A DNA stretch of 64,000 nucleotides from Candidatus Micrarchaeia archaeon (GTDB lineage: Archaea > Micrarchaeota > Micrarchaeia > Norongarragalinales > Norongarragalinaceae), in contig JBAZPG010000004.1 of the NCBI GenBank assembly GCA_041648335.1, positions 13,793 through 77,792 on the forward strand, given 5' to 3'. Of the stretch, positions 29,442 to 38,757 are shown piece by piece. Made by a program: the position numbers and the translations under genes. Each line of letters begins with the position of its first letter. Position 1 is the stretch's first letter. The notes beneath the pieces are model-generated. The model was given only the letters and a program-made list of their open reading frames with translations, did not search any database and was not told the DNA's origin.

Positions 29442-29948
29442 TCAGTAATAATGTATTCTTATTTGTTTAAGGAGTTTTTGGCGTTCGAGTATGGCTTCCA
29501 TCCAGTGGTTGCCGCCCCATACATTTGCCTTCCTAATTTTTTCCTTGCTGGACGGTATCAAGCGCGATAGCACCGTTGCTGCGGCTTCGTGCATTGCTTT
29601 CTGGGACAGTTTCAGCACGCGGCCGTCCGTGGTCTTGGTTTGCCTCAACGTGCCAAACTTTTTGGCGAGTTCGCTCCCGTGTTTTTCCAAGTCCTCGTCG
29701 GTCACGCCCGCCTCTTTGAGAACGTCTAGGACATGCTCTTCGTTGCTGTTGAACAGGTTTCCCGGTGCGGAGTAAGCAAACTTACCCTTGCCGTCACTCC
29801 AACGGAGCCCTTTTCTGCTCGCGGTTGACCGCCCGCGGGCATTAGTCCACTCGAGTTCGTCTAACAGGAAGCCACGCGTCCTCTCGATTAACTCGTATCT
29901 TTGTTTGAATCCGAAAGCGAGTTGTCCGCCTTGTTCTTCCCTCAACAT
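29442..29948 (-). CDS. hypothetical protein
   Basis: 168 aa, hydrophilic; no motif recognised. Confidence 0.3.
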   Translation of the reverse strand: MLREEQGGQLAFGFKQRYELIERTRGFLLDELEWTNARGRSTASRKGLRWSDGKGKFAYSAPGNLFNSNEEHVLDVLKEAGVTDEDLEKHGSELAKKFGTLRQTKTTDGRVLKLSQKAMHEAAATVLSRLIPSSKEKIRKANVWGGNHWMEAILERQKLLKQIRIHYY

Positions 29949-29952
29949 TTCA

Positions 29953-31287
29953 TCACTTGGGCGCGTACTTCAACAGTTTCTTGCGGAGCTCCTCGCCCGC
30001 CTTGTTGTCGAGCGTTACCGTGTTATCGCGTATCTCCATCAGGTTCTTGGATTGCATTGCGAACTTGTTGGGCGCCAAATCCTTGTACAATAAGACGCCC
30101 GAACCCACGATGGAGTGCGGACCCACCTTCACGCCGGGCATTATGGTGGCGTTGCTTCCCGTCTTGCAGTTGTCCGCCATTATCACGCCGAGTTTGTTCG
30201 TGCCCGAATCCATCTTCCCCTTGCCGAGCACCTCGACTTGGATGTGCGCCTCGTCGAACCGGAAGTTCGCGGTAATCGTGCCCGCCCCGAGCGAACAGTT
30301 GTCGCCCAACACGGAATCCCCGACGTACGCGGAGTGCGTCCAGCAGTTCTCGCCGATGACCGAGTACTTCACCTCGGTGGAGTAGCCGATGACGCTCTTC
30401 GCGCCGATTGAGGAGTGCCCGCGTACGAGCGCGTTGTTCCCAATCACCGCGTTGTCCCCGATGTAACACGGTCCCTCGATGACTGCGTTCTCGAATACGC
30501 GCACGCCCTCACCGATGTGCACGTGCTCGCCTTTTATCACGGCGCGCTCGGAGATGCGCGCGCTCTTCGCCGTGAACGCCTTTTGTTTGTCCAGGAAGTA
30601 TTCGTTCAAGCGCAACAAGTCCCACGGGAGCTTGTACGAGCCGAAGAAGCCCTTGTAGGATAGGGCGCGCACGTCGCCGCCCGCGTCAATCATCTTTTGT
30701 ATTGCCTCTTCGTACTGTGAGTCGGATTCGGGCACCGCAGCCAGGTGCCTGAAGATGTCCGAGTTGAGTATGTAAACGCCGATTACCGCGTTCTTGGACG
30801 GCTCTTTCCCCTTGTCGGGCTTCTCCACTATGCGGCGCACGCGGTCGCCCTTCAAGTCGAGTATCCCGAACTTCCACGTCTCCTCGGTGGGTTGCGAGGC
30901 GAATACTGCGTCGCACGACGTTGCTTTCGCGAGCATCGCCTTGAGCAAGCCGGGTTCGAACACGTCGTCCGCGTTCACCACCACGAACTTATCCGTCTTG
31001 CCGAGCGCGCCGCGCGCGCAAGCGAGCGCGTCCGCCATTCCCTTCGCTTCCTTCTGGAGCGCGTAGGATATTTTTACGCCGTGGCTTTTCGCGCCGAAGT
31101 AGTCCTTGATTTGTTCGGCGTTGTGCCCGACTACGCACACCGCTTCCTTGAACCCGGCTGCGGCGAGCTCTTCCACAACGTACTCCATGAGCGGCTTGCC
31201 GAGTAGTTTGAACATGGGTTTCGGCTTGTTCACTGCCAACGGGAACACGCGCTTCCCGTTCCCGGCTGCGAGTATGACTGCCTTCAT
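29953..31287 (-). CDS. bifunctional sugar-1-phosphate nucleotidyltransferase / acetyltransferase (GlmU-like; N-terminal NTP-transferase plus C-terminal left-handed beta-helix)
   Basis: N-terminal MKAVILAAGNGKR nucleotidyltransferase fold and C-terminal hexapeptide repeats; 4-nt overlap with the upstream gene. Confidence 0.85.
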   Translation of the reverse strand: MKAVILAAGNGKRVFPLAVNKPKPMFKLLGKPLMEYVVEELAAAGFKEAVCVVGHNAEQIKDYFGAKSHGVKISYALQKEAKGMADALACARGALGKTDKFVVVNADDVFEPGLLKAMLAKATSCDAVFASQPTEETWKFGILDLKGDRVRRIVEKPDKGKEPSKNAVIGVYILNSDIFRHLAAVPESDSQYEEAIQKMIDAGGDVRALSYKGFFGSYKLPWDLLRLNEYFLDKQKAFTAKSARISERAVIKGEHVHIGEGVRVFENAVIEGPCYIGDNAVIGNNALVRGHSSIGAKSVIGYSTEVKYSVIGENCWTHSAYVGDSVLGDNCSLGAGTITANFRFDEAHIQVEVLGKGKMDSGTNKLGVIMADNCKTGSNATIMPGVKVGPHSIVGSGVLLYKDLAPNKFAMQSKNLMEIRDNTVTLDNKAGEELRKKLLKYAPK

Positions 31288-32612
31288 TTTAACGCCGCCT
31301 CCACGAGTGCGCGTCCGGCGCGCGCCAATTCCTCCAAACGCTTTTGAGTATAAGCTTCGCAGTTCACCTTCAAGTAGGGTTCGGTGCCGCTCGGGCGCAC
31401 GAGGAGCCAGGCGCCGTCCGCGAAATCAACCCGCACCCCGTCTATCTCCGTCGCTTTCCCTCCGAGTGCGCGGACTCCCCCGGCAACCGCACGCATCGCT
31501 TTTGCCTTTTCCTGGTTGGAACACGCTAAACGCGTCTTGTCGAAGAAAACGCGGGGAATGCCGGAAAATTCTTTTTTAACCGCGTTCACGTCGCGTTTCG
31601 AGAGCAGCAACGCGGCAGGGTAAACCGTTGAAGAAAAGAAACCGAAGCGGGGCACGAGGTAGTGCCCGCACTCCTCGACGCCCAGCGCCGCTCCTCGGTT
31701 GCGCACGGCGCGCGCGATTACCGTGTCCCCGACTACGGTGCGGTAGAGCGTTCCCCCCGCCTGCTCGATTGCCTTCTCAACGAAGCGCCCGGTTTCCACC
31801 GAGCCCACGACCTCTTTTTTTACCGAGTCCGAGAGCACGCTCGCGGCCACGGCTGCATTGCCTTCTTGGAAGCCCAGGAAGCCGTTGCGGTCCAGGAACA
31901 CGATGCGGTCGTTGTCGCCGTCCAGGCACAACCCCGCGTCCGCCTTGTTCTCGCGGCTGAACGCGATTGTTTTCGCGAGCGTGTCCGGCTTGGGTTCGAG
32001 CGGGCGGTCGCACTTCGTAACATCCGGAGTGCAATTTACTTCGAGGACTTCGTGCCCGTGCGAACGCAAGAGCGCAGGCAGGTGTTCGGAATCAGGGCCG
32101 CACGCGCAGTCCACTGTCAAACGCATTTTCTTCAAGGGCTTCGGGCACAACCGCGCGAGGCGCGCGTAATACTCGCTTGCGCCATCCGCACGCGCCTCTT
32201 TACCCGCGGCGTTCTTCGCGCGCTTCGAGGGCGCGGCGTACTCGCGTTCGATTGCCTCTTGGTCGGTTGCCATTCCAAGCGCGTCGCAATACTTGAACCC
32301 GTTGTACTCGGGCGGGTTGTGGCTCGCGGTAATCATCACGCCCGCATCGAACCCGAGTTCGCGCGTCAAAAAATAGAGTCCCGGAGTGGAGAGCACGCCC
32401 AGGCGCGTCACGCCAAGCCCCGCTTCGAGCAATTCATCGACTGTTTTCTCTTCCAAGTCCGGACCGCTGCGGCGGGTGTCGCGCGCAACGCAAACACGCT
32501 TCCCTTCGCCTACGACTGCGGCGAACGCGTGGCTCAAACGCTCCACTAGTTCGTCGTTGACTTCAGTTCCGACGACGCCGCGGACTCCCGACGTTCCGAA
32601 TAGCTTGTTCAC
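31284..32612 (-). CDS. glmM: phosphoglucosamine mutase / phosphomannomutase (alpha-D-phosphohexomutase family)
   Basis: Active-site TASHNPPEYNGFKY, Mg-binding DGDNDR, and sugar-binding GVEECGH. Confidence 0.9.
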   Translation of the reverse strand: MNKLFGTSGVRGVVGTEVNDELVERLSHAFAAVVGEGKRVCVARDTRRSGPDLEEKTVDELLEAGLGVTRLGVLSTPGLYFLTRELGFDAGVMITASHNPPEYNGFKYCDALGMATDQEAIEREYAAPSKRAKNAAGKEARADGASEYYARLARLCPKPLKKMRLTVDCACGPDSEHLPALLRSHGHEVLEVNCTPDVTKCDRPLEPKPDTLAKTIAFSRENKADAGLCLDGDNDRIVFLDRNGFLGFQEGNAAVAASVLSDSVKKEVVGSVETGRFVEKAIEQAGGTLYRTVVGDTVIARAVRNRGAALGVEECGHYLVPRFGFFSSTVYPAALLLSKRDVNAVKKEFSGIPRVFFDKTRLACSNQEKAKAMRAVAGGVRALGGKATEIDGVRVDFADGAWLLVRPSGTEPYLKVNCEAYTQKRLEELARAGRALVEAALK

Positions 32613-33727
32613 TTCCTCTTCTTGCTCCCTTTAAGCAGGTAATACGCGCTCCCGAGAACCAGCGCCAAGCCCCCGAGAAGGAGCAGCGAGTTGTAATCGC
32701 TTGCCGGTTCCGGCGCGACGCCAGGGCTGGGCGACGGGCTCGGCGAAGGCGTTGCCGCAACGGCTTCCACGCAGGCGCCGTCCACGCACGCGCACGCCTT
32801 CTCCTTGTTCGCTATGCTTGCGCCCAGGCAGTAATACTCGAAGAGCGAGTCCCCTGCCGCGCAGTAGTCGGCGAACTCGTTCGCCTCCGTTGACACCGTG
32901 CCCTTTTCGTCGTAGAACAATCCGCCGTCACTGTCCGCGCAACTCGGGTTTATGGTGCACGCGCCCTGCGAACAGCCGTCGGTGCACTCCGTGCCTTGGG
33001 CTGCGCACCCGCCCTCGGTGCACGAGTAATCCAACAGCCAGTTGTTGACGCAGCCGTTCCTGCCGCTTATCGTGATTGAATCGCACCCATCCTCAACGTC
33101 AACGCATTCGGGTTCACAGCACGCAAGGTAGTTCACGCGGTTCGTGCTCGAGGGAATCCAGCCCGCAGGCGACTCCAACAGCACGGTTCCCAGTGCGTAA
33201 CCGCCTGCCGCTTCCGCAAGCACCACGAACTCGTTGGATGCGGCGGCGTCTTCCGCGCCGAACGCGTAGGCGCGCGGCGAACTGACCGTGACCACGCTGG
33301 CGTTCACTTCCACGCCGTCCATTTTCAGGAGGCGTGAACCGTACGTAAATGAAAGCGTTTCGAAAACGTCGCGCGTGCTCGAGTATTCCCCGCAGTAATA
33401 ATCCACCACCCCGTTTTCGGCTTCGGTAACCGAGGACTCGCTCTCGCCGTTCGCCTGTTTCACGAACGCTTCTCCGAGGTGGTCGCCGCCGATGCTAGAG
33501 TAATCCTGGCGTATCAACACGAAAACGTTCTTGCCGATGTTCCCGAACGCCATCGCCTGATCGGGGTTGATGGAGTTGAACCGGATGACGCCGCCCTGCA
33601 AGTCCCACGCGTAAGCGGGAATCAGGAACGCCGCCTCGTCGTAACCAACGTAGAATGTGTTCGCGCAATCCGCGAGCGCGCTCGCGAGGCACGATGCGGC
33701 AACCATCAACAAAAGAACCTTGTTCAT
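32609..33727 (-). CDS. Cys-rich secreted surface protein with a Pro/Ser linker and a C-terminal TM anchor ending KKRK
   Basis: Signal peptide; C-terminal ..ATPSPSPSPSPGVAPEPASDYNSLLLLGGLALVLGSAYYLLKGSKKRK. Confidence 0.5.
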   Translation of the reverse strand: MNKVLLLMVAASCLASALADCANTFYVGYDEAAFLIPAYAWDLQGGVIRFNSINPDQAMAFGNIGKNVFVLIRQDYSSIGGDHLGEAFVKQANGESESSVTEAENGVVDYYCGEYSSTRDVFETLSFTYGSRLLKMDGVEVNASVVTVSSPRAYAFGAEDAAASNEFVVLAEAAGGYALGTVLLESPAGWIPSSTNRVNYLACCEPECVDVEDGCDSITISGRNGCVNNWLLDYSCTEGGCAAQGTECTDGCSQGACTINPSCADSDGGLFYDEKGTVSTEANEFADYCAAGDSLFEYYCLGASIANKEKACACVDGACVEAVAATPSPSPSPSPGVAPEPASDYNSLLLLGGLALVLGSAYYLLKGSKKRK

Positions 33728-34294
33728 TTACTCTCCCTCCTTGCGTGTCACGCGGCTTTCGCCGGGCTCGTTCGCATCCTGGTACTTGCTGCCCAATTCC
33801 TTGTGGCCGTAAGCCTTGTCCGCGGGCGTTGTCAGTTCCCCGAACGATAGCTGGGCGATTCCCATTCCCGGGTAGAGCGCCACGGGGATTTTGCCCACGT
33901 TGCTCAACTCGAGCGTGAGCCGTCCGTTCCAGCCCGGGTCCACTTTTCCCGCGGTCGCGTGGATTATGATGCCCAGTCGCCCCAGCGAGCTCTTGCCTCC
34001 CAGCAACCCGAACAAGTCCGCGGGCAGGCGCACGCGTTCCACCAGGCACCCGAGCACGAACTCGTGGGGGTGGAGCACGAACGGCTCGCCCTCTGCTATC
34101 TTCACGAGTTCGGTGTAATCGCGGTTCTTGTCGCGCGGGTCGATGAACGCGTTGTGCATGTTCTTGAACACCCGGAACTCGCTGGACAAATGCAGGTCCA
34201 CACTCGACGGCTGGATGCACTTCCAGTCGAGCGGCTCGATTTCGATGCGCCCCGACTCGAGCGCCTCGCGAATACTCCGGTCACTCAAAAACAT
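33728..34294 (-). CDS. dcd: dCTP deaminase
   Basis: Begins MFLSDRSIREALESGRIEIEPL.. with a conserved dCTP deaminase/dUTPase-fold core. The annotated start is the internal Met of the longer ORF. Confidence 0.85.
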   Translation of the reverse strand: MFLSDRSIREALESGRIEIEPLDWKCIQPSSVDLHLSSEFRVFKNMHNAFIDPRDKNRDYTELVKIAEGEPFVLHPHEFVLGCLVERVRLPADLFGLLGGKSSLGRLGIIIHATAGKVDPGWNGRLTLELSNVGKIPVALYPGMGIAQLSFGELTTPADKAYGHKELGSKYQDANEPGESRVTRKEGE

Positions 34295-35424
34295 CAAACA
34301 GCCAACTCCGCGTACATTTCCTCGTAAGCGCGCGCGGTCTCGTCCCACGTGAATTTTTCGAGCACGCGCTTCCTGCCCTTGGCGCCGAGGCGCATCCTCA
34401 AGTTTTTGTCCCCCAAGAGTGTTTTAATCCTTTCTTTGAGCGCCTTCGCGCTCGCCTTCTTGCACACGAAACCAGCATCCCCGATGACTTCGGGTATACC
34501 CCCCGCGTCCGTCCCGACCACGGGTTTGCCCGCGGCCATCGCCTCGGCGAGCACCATCCCGAACGGCTCCCATACGCTCGGCAACGCGAACACGTCGCAC
34601 GCCCCGTAAATCCCGGCGAGGTACTTGTCCGAGACGTGCCCCGTGCAGAACACCGCGTTCACACCCTCGCGCTTGGCTTGCGCCTTCAACTCCTTTTCGA
34701 GCGGACCGCGCCCGAGCACCACGAGCGTGGCGTCCAAGCCCTTCATCGCGTCAATCAAATACGAGAGCCCCTTCTGTTTGACGAGGCGGCAGGTGGTCAA
34801 CACCATCTGTCCCTCAATGCGGTTGTCTTCGCGGAACTTCCTCCCGCTCACGCGCGGGTTGAACAAGTCGTGGTCCACCCCGTTGTAAGCCACACGCGTG
34901 CGCGGCCACAACTCGCTCGGCACGGTCTCCCTGATGGTAGCCCTACTCACTCCCGCGATGCAGGTGCACGCCTTCATCGTGCTCTTCCCGATGACATCGT
35001 CGTAGAACTGCCCCAACGCGTCCGTTGCCGCGTCAATGCCCACCGTGCGCGCGTTGTGGATGGTGATTCCAAGTTTCTTCTTCAAGTGCCTCTTGACGAG
35101 CGTGACGTCCGCGCTCCCGTACACGAACCGGTTGTGGATGTGCACCAAATCAACCTTCTTCGCCTCGCGCGCCAAATCCAGCAGCGAGAACGGGGTGACG
35201 GGCACGGGCGGGGGCAGTGGGTGCGGCAAATCGTTGAGCACCCACGCGGGTGTCCGCACGATGCGCACCCCCTCCACGGTCTCTTCGGCTTTCGTGCCCT
35301 TCAGGCGTGCCGTCAAGACGGTTACGTCGTGGTTCTTGGCGAGTCGGCGGCTCACCTCGTAAACGTGCTTCTCGGTTCCACCCTGGTAGGGCGGGTAGAA
35401 CGGGTTGAGCATCAACAGCTTCAT
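34294..35424 (-). CDS. glycosyltransferase family 4 (GT-B, group 1)
   Basis: C-terminal E-x7-E region (..EPFGMVLAEAMAAGKPVVGTDAGG..) typical of GT4. Confidence 0.85.
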   Translation of the reverse strand: MKLLMLNPFYPPYQGGTEKHVYEVSRRLAKNHDVTVLTARLKGTKAEETVEGVRIVRTPAWVLNDLPHPLPPPVPVTPFSLLDLAREAKKVDLVHIHNRFVYGSADVTLVKRHLKKKLGITIHNARTVGIDAATDALGQFYDDVIGKSTMKACTCIAGVSRATIRETVPSELWPRTRVAYNGVDHDLFNPRVSGRKFREDNRIEGQMVLTTCRLVKQKGLSYLIDAMKGLDATLVVLGRGPLEKELKAQAKREGVNAVFCTGHVSDKYLAGIYGACDVFALPSVWEPFGMVLAEAMAAGKPVVGTDAGGIPEVIGDAGFVCKKASAKALKERIKTLLGDKNLRMRLGAKGRKRVLEKFTWDETARAYEEMYAELAV

Positions 35425-35936
35425 TTCAACCGCCTCGCGACGAGTTCGCGCGCGAAATAGCCGAACGCCAACGAACCGACAACCAAAAGCACCACGCCCG
35501 ACGGGTCGAGAGCCGCGGCGTTGCGTACGACCTCGTTAGTCGATTCCGCGAACGCCTTGTCCGTTGCGCTCCCGAGCACGGGTGCGGGCGCCTGCGTTGG
35601 AATCGTGGGGAACAACCGGTAAACGCCCGCGATTATTGCGAGCGCGCTTGCCCCCAACAGGAAGAGGACACGCGAGCCCCCCGGCTGGACTACGCTCCGT
35701 CCTTTCTCGGTCAAGTCGAAGTAAACCCACTTGCCGTTCGCGCGGCGCGCCACGAGCCCTGCCTTGAGCATTTTCTCCAAATGCTGCCCGGTCGCTTGGA
35801 CGCTCGTCTTCGACTCGCGCGAGAGCTCGCTCGCGGTCTTGCCGCGTTCGCACAGCGACTTGAGCATGGAGACGCGGGCATCGCTCGCGAGCGCCTTGAA
35901 CGACTCCAAATCCAGGACTACTTCACCCAACTTCAA
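35421..35936 (-). CDS. winged-HTH (ArsR-like) regulator fused to a C-terminal TM region
   Basis: wHTH SMLKSLCERGKTASELSRESKTSVQATGQHLEKMLKAGLVAR followed by two hydrophobic helices. The N-terminal Arg-rich extension of the ORF is discounted. Confidence 0.45.
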   Translation of the reverse strand: MKLGEVVLDLESFKALASDARVSMLKSLCERGKTASELSRESKTSVQATGQHLEKMLKAGLVARRANGKWVYFDLTEKGRSVVQPGGSRVLFLLGASALAIIAGVYRLFPTIPTQAPAPVLGSATDKAFAESTNEVVRNAAALDPSGVVLLVVGSLAFGYFARELVARRLK

Positions 35937-36429
35937 CCACCGTTTCGCTTGCGGGCTTGCGTTTGCCCTCGGGTTTCTCCGCCGGAACGCCGACGGGCAC
36001 GAGCACCACGGGCTCGAATTCTTTCGGAATCGCGAGCGCCTTGCGCACCCCTTCGGCATCGAACGCCCCGCACCACACCGAACCCAAACCCAGCGCGTGC
36101 GCGGCGAGCAGCAAATTCTCCACGGACGCGCTCACGTCCATCAAACTGAATCGCTCGGCTTTCTCGCCGAAGCGCGCCAACCCGTCCGCATGCGTGCAAC
36201 CTATAACTATTAACGGCATTTCGGGTTTGAACCCGCGACGCGTTACCGCGCACAATTCCTCGATTTTCCCCTTGTTAGTTACGAAATAGAAGCGGCGCGA
36301 TTCCGCGTTCATGGCGCTGGGCGCCCAACGCACGGCTTCCTTTAGCTCGTCGAGCGCGCCCTCGGGGAGCGCGTCGGCGTTAAACGCGCGTATGCTCCTC
36401 CGCCCGTTTATCGCTTCCGTGACGCGCAT
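35923..36429 (-). CDS. nitroreductase family protein
   Basis: RRSIRAF motif and a nitroreductase-fold core, 168 aa. Confidence 0.8.
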   Translation of the reverse strand: MRVTEAINGRRSIRAFNADALPEGALDELKEAVRWAPSAMNAESRRFYFVTNKGKIEELCAVTRRGFKPEMPLIVIGCTHADGLARFGEKAERFSLMDVSASVENLLLAAHALGLGSVWCGAFDAEGVRKALAIPKEFEPVVLVPVGVPAEKPEGKRKPASETVVEVG

Positions 36430-36860
36430 TCCAACAACTCCTTGCGTTTTTCAGTCATTTTCTCAATCATTATGCCTATTAGTTCAGCCCGGCTTAGGGT
36501 CTTTGCCGTCACTGGAACCGAGTTTGTTTCTATGTGCGCCTTTATTTCTTTCATCTGCGCGATTCCCTGCGAGTCGGAGGGCACGGTGTGATTCATTATT
36601 TCTGCAATACTCACGAAGTGTTCGCCGGTTGTGTTCGGGTCCTTCAAAACACGGGCCAGCATGGGGGTGGCGTGCCCCAATGCAATCAAGCCTTCCTTGT
36701 CCCCGGTTTTCAAGAATTGTTCCAAAGCGCTAGTCAAGTTGTTGATGGCTTCGGAACGCCTTTCGCCTCCTAATTTTTGGGATAAACTGGTTGCCGCGTC
36801 AACCCTATTCGTCAAGTCCGCTTCCCTTTGTTTCAAAACAGTAACCGGACGTTTGAACAC
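36408..36860 (-). CDS. hypothetical protein
   Basis: 150-aa helical protein; no motif. Confidence 0.3.
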   Translation of the reverse strand: MFKRPVTVLKQREADLTNRVDAATSLSQKLGGERRSEAINNLTSALEQFLKTGDKEGLIALGHATPMLARVLKDPNTTGEHFVSIAEIMNHTVPSDSQGIAQMKEIKAHIETNSVPVTAKTLSRAELIGIMIEKMTEKRKELLECASRKR

Positions 36861-36867
36861 TTCAGAT

Positions 36868-37278
36868 TCACTTCCAACCGCGGTTGGCTACGAGGCGCTC
36901 CTTGAGGCGGCTGCGCGCGTAGAAAGCCACGACGAGCACCGCGAACCCAGCCGCGATTATCGCGGCGTTCTCGGCGAGCATGAACTGGCAGGCGCACAGC
37001 GAGTAAACCAGGTATTCGACGAACGCGCCGAGGACAACGAGCCACAACAGGCGGAGCTCGATTAGGTATTCCGCGAACAAGCCCTGCTTCTTAATCGCAG
37101 CCACGGGGTAGAAGTACATGAAGCTCGCGGCAGCCAACAGGAGCACGCCGGGGAAGAACGTCTTCGTGGACGCGGGGTAGAACAACTCCGCAGCCAGCGC
37201 CACGAGGAACACGCCCGCCAAGTGCAGGGCAAGGTAAGTGTTCTCTTTTTCCGATAGCCAGTCAATCAAACCGCGCAT
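36868..37278 (-). CDS. small membrane protein, hypothetical
   Basis: 136 aa, 4 TM. Confidence 0.35.
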   Translation of the reverse strand: MRGLIDWLSEKENTYLALHLAGVFLVALAAELFYPASTKTFFPGVLLLAAASFMYFYPVAAIKKQGLFAEYLIELRLLWLVVLGAFVEYLVYSLCACQFMLAENAAIIAAGFAVLVVAFYARSRLKERLVANRGWK

Positions 37279-37434
37279 AAAAACACCCCGTAAAAACTAT
37301 TGTAAAAATAACCCGCAGCGGGCTTAAAAGCGTTGCCCGACGCCCCGCCAAGCAACGCCTTTTTTTACTCCGCCGCCAACAAGGGAATCGGATGATGACC
37401 AAGAACTAACAAACTCTGACTTCGTGATGAGTGA

Positions 37435-37448
37435 CGGACGGTCTGACA
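37435..37448. repeat. left copy of a perfect 14-bp direct repeat (CGGACGGTCTGACA) flanking a low-GC cassette
   Basis: The identical 14-mer recurs at 38634..38647, and the intervening ~1.2 kb is markedly AT-richer than the flanks. Confidence 0.55.
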
Positions 37449-37481
37449 ACGATTCATTAGCTTGATCAACAGTGAGGAAAA

Positions 37482-37844
37482 ATGGAAAAAACAGAATTTG
37501 AGGAATGGTTTAAACAATTGGGAAATGCGTGGTGCGCTAGAGACCCCGAAAAAGCCGCAAGCCTCTTCTCCAAGAATGTAGAATATTATGAATCGGTTTT
37601 TGAACCCCCGTGCAACTGGGACAAAGTCCTTGAACTGTGGCTTGCCGTGCCAAAAAACCAGAAGGATATTACTTACGATTTTGAAATAATATCTACTGCG
37701 GGTAATCTTGCTGTTTGTAACTGGAAAGTGTCGAGAACGATGCTTCCGGATAATAAACTACAGAGAATAAACGGAATTTTTATAATTCGGCTAAATCAAG
37801 CCGGTCTTTGCGATTACTTTAAGCAATGGCGCTCGGTGCACTAA
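37482..37844 (+). CDS. NTF2-like / SnoaL-like small protein, hypothetical
   Basis: 120 aa, low-GC codon usage, alpha+beta cone-like pattern. Confidence 0.35.
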   Translation: MEKTEFEEWFKQLGNAWCARDPEKAASLFSKNVEYYESVFEPPCNWDKVLELWLAVPKNQKDITYDFEIISTAGNLAVCNWKVSRTMLPDNKLQRINGIFIIRLNQAGLCDYFKQWRSVH

Positions 37845-38095
37845 CTTATTGAACCGAACGCAGTTTCGCGGCAAAAACCTATTTCCGCGAAAACGAGCTG
37901 GCTCTGAATGTGCGAGCGCTCAGGCAATCCCCCAAGCGTGCCTCTGACTTGCGGTTATCTTACGTTTGCCGCCGCGATTGTAAGATAATTGGTTTTCCGT
38001 TTTTCCACTGCTTAGGCGCACATCTTGCTTGCCTAGACTAAATGCAGCAGCGCTAATTCACTTTTTATACTTTTAAAAAGAATCAACGATTACTG

Positions 38096-38599
38096 ATGTA
38101 CATGAAAAAAGCGATTCTGCTGTTCGGTCCGTCCGGGGTTGGAAAAAGTACGGTGGCAGCCATGATTTGCAAAAACCATGGTTTCAAGCACTGCGACGCG
38201 GACGAATTCAAATGGCGTTATTCTCACAAGAGGTCAAAGAAACGAACCGAAATAGGCGAAGCCGAAGCATTCGCGTACGCCAAACAACTTATTCACGCAA
38301 AAGAAAATCTGGTCGTCGAAGCACTGCCCGATAAATATCTTAAAAAACTGGCGGGGCTTTTGAAGCGCGGCGGATACAAAGTGCTCGAAATCTCGCTTTG
38401 CGCATCCGTGAAGCAATGCGTGAGAAATAACGCTTCGAGAAAAAGAAAAAATTACGATGCGAAGGTAATCCGCGCAGTTTACCGAGACCTCTCTAGAAAC
38501 AGAGGCCTAGTCGTCAATACCGAGGGCTTGTCCGCTTGGCAGACGTATAACTTGATAAAAAAGGCGCTCGATAAGCGCCCGTCATTTCCGCAGAAATGA
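38096..38599 (+). CDS. P-loop NTPase / small-molecule kinase-like protein (AAA_33 / zeta-toxin-like fold)
   Basis: Walker A GPSGVGKST near the N-terminus; 167 aa; low GC. Confidence 0.55.
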   Translation: MYMKKAILLFGPSGVGKSTVAAMICKNHGFKHCDADEFKWRYSHKRSKKRTEIGEAEAFAYAKQLIHAKENLVVEALPDKYLKKLAGLLKRGGYKVLEISLCASVKQCVRNNASRKRKNYDAKVIRAVYRDLSRNRGLVVNTEGLSAWQTYNLIKKALDKRPSFPQK

Positions 38600-38633
38600 A
38601 CCGCCCTCCGTCGGTCAAGTGTTGTTCCCCTAG

Positions 38634-38647
38634 CGGACGGTCTGACA
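38634..38647. repeat. right copy of the 14-bp direct repeat (CGGACGGTCTGACA), followed by a low-complexity GAAA/CTTT inverted-repeat tract
   Basis: See the left copy; downstream GAAACTTTCTTTTCTTTCCGAAGAAAAGAAACTTTC carries dyad symmetry. Confidence 0.55.
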
Positions 38648-38757
38648 GAAACTTTCTTTTCTTTCCGAAGAAAAGAAACTTTCATGAAAGAAAAGAAGGG
38701 TTTGACTTTTCATGAAAAGAAAAAACAGCGATTCTTTCGTGAAATAAAAGAAGGGGT

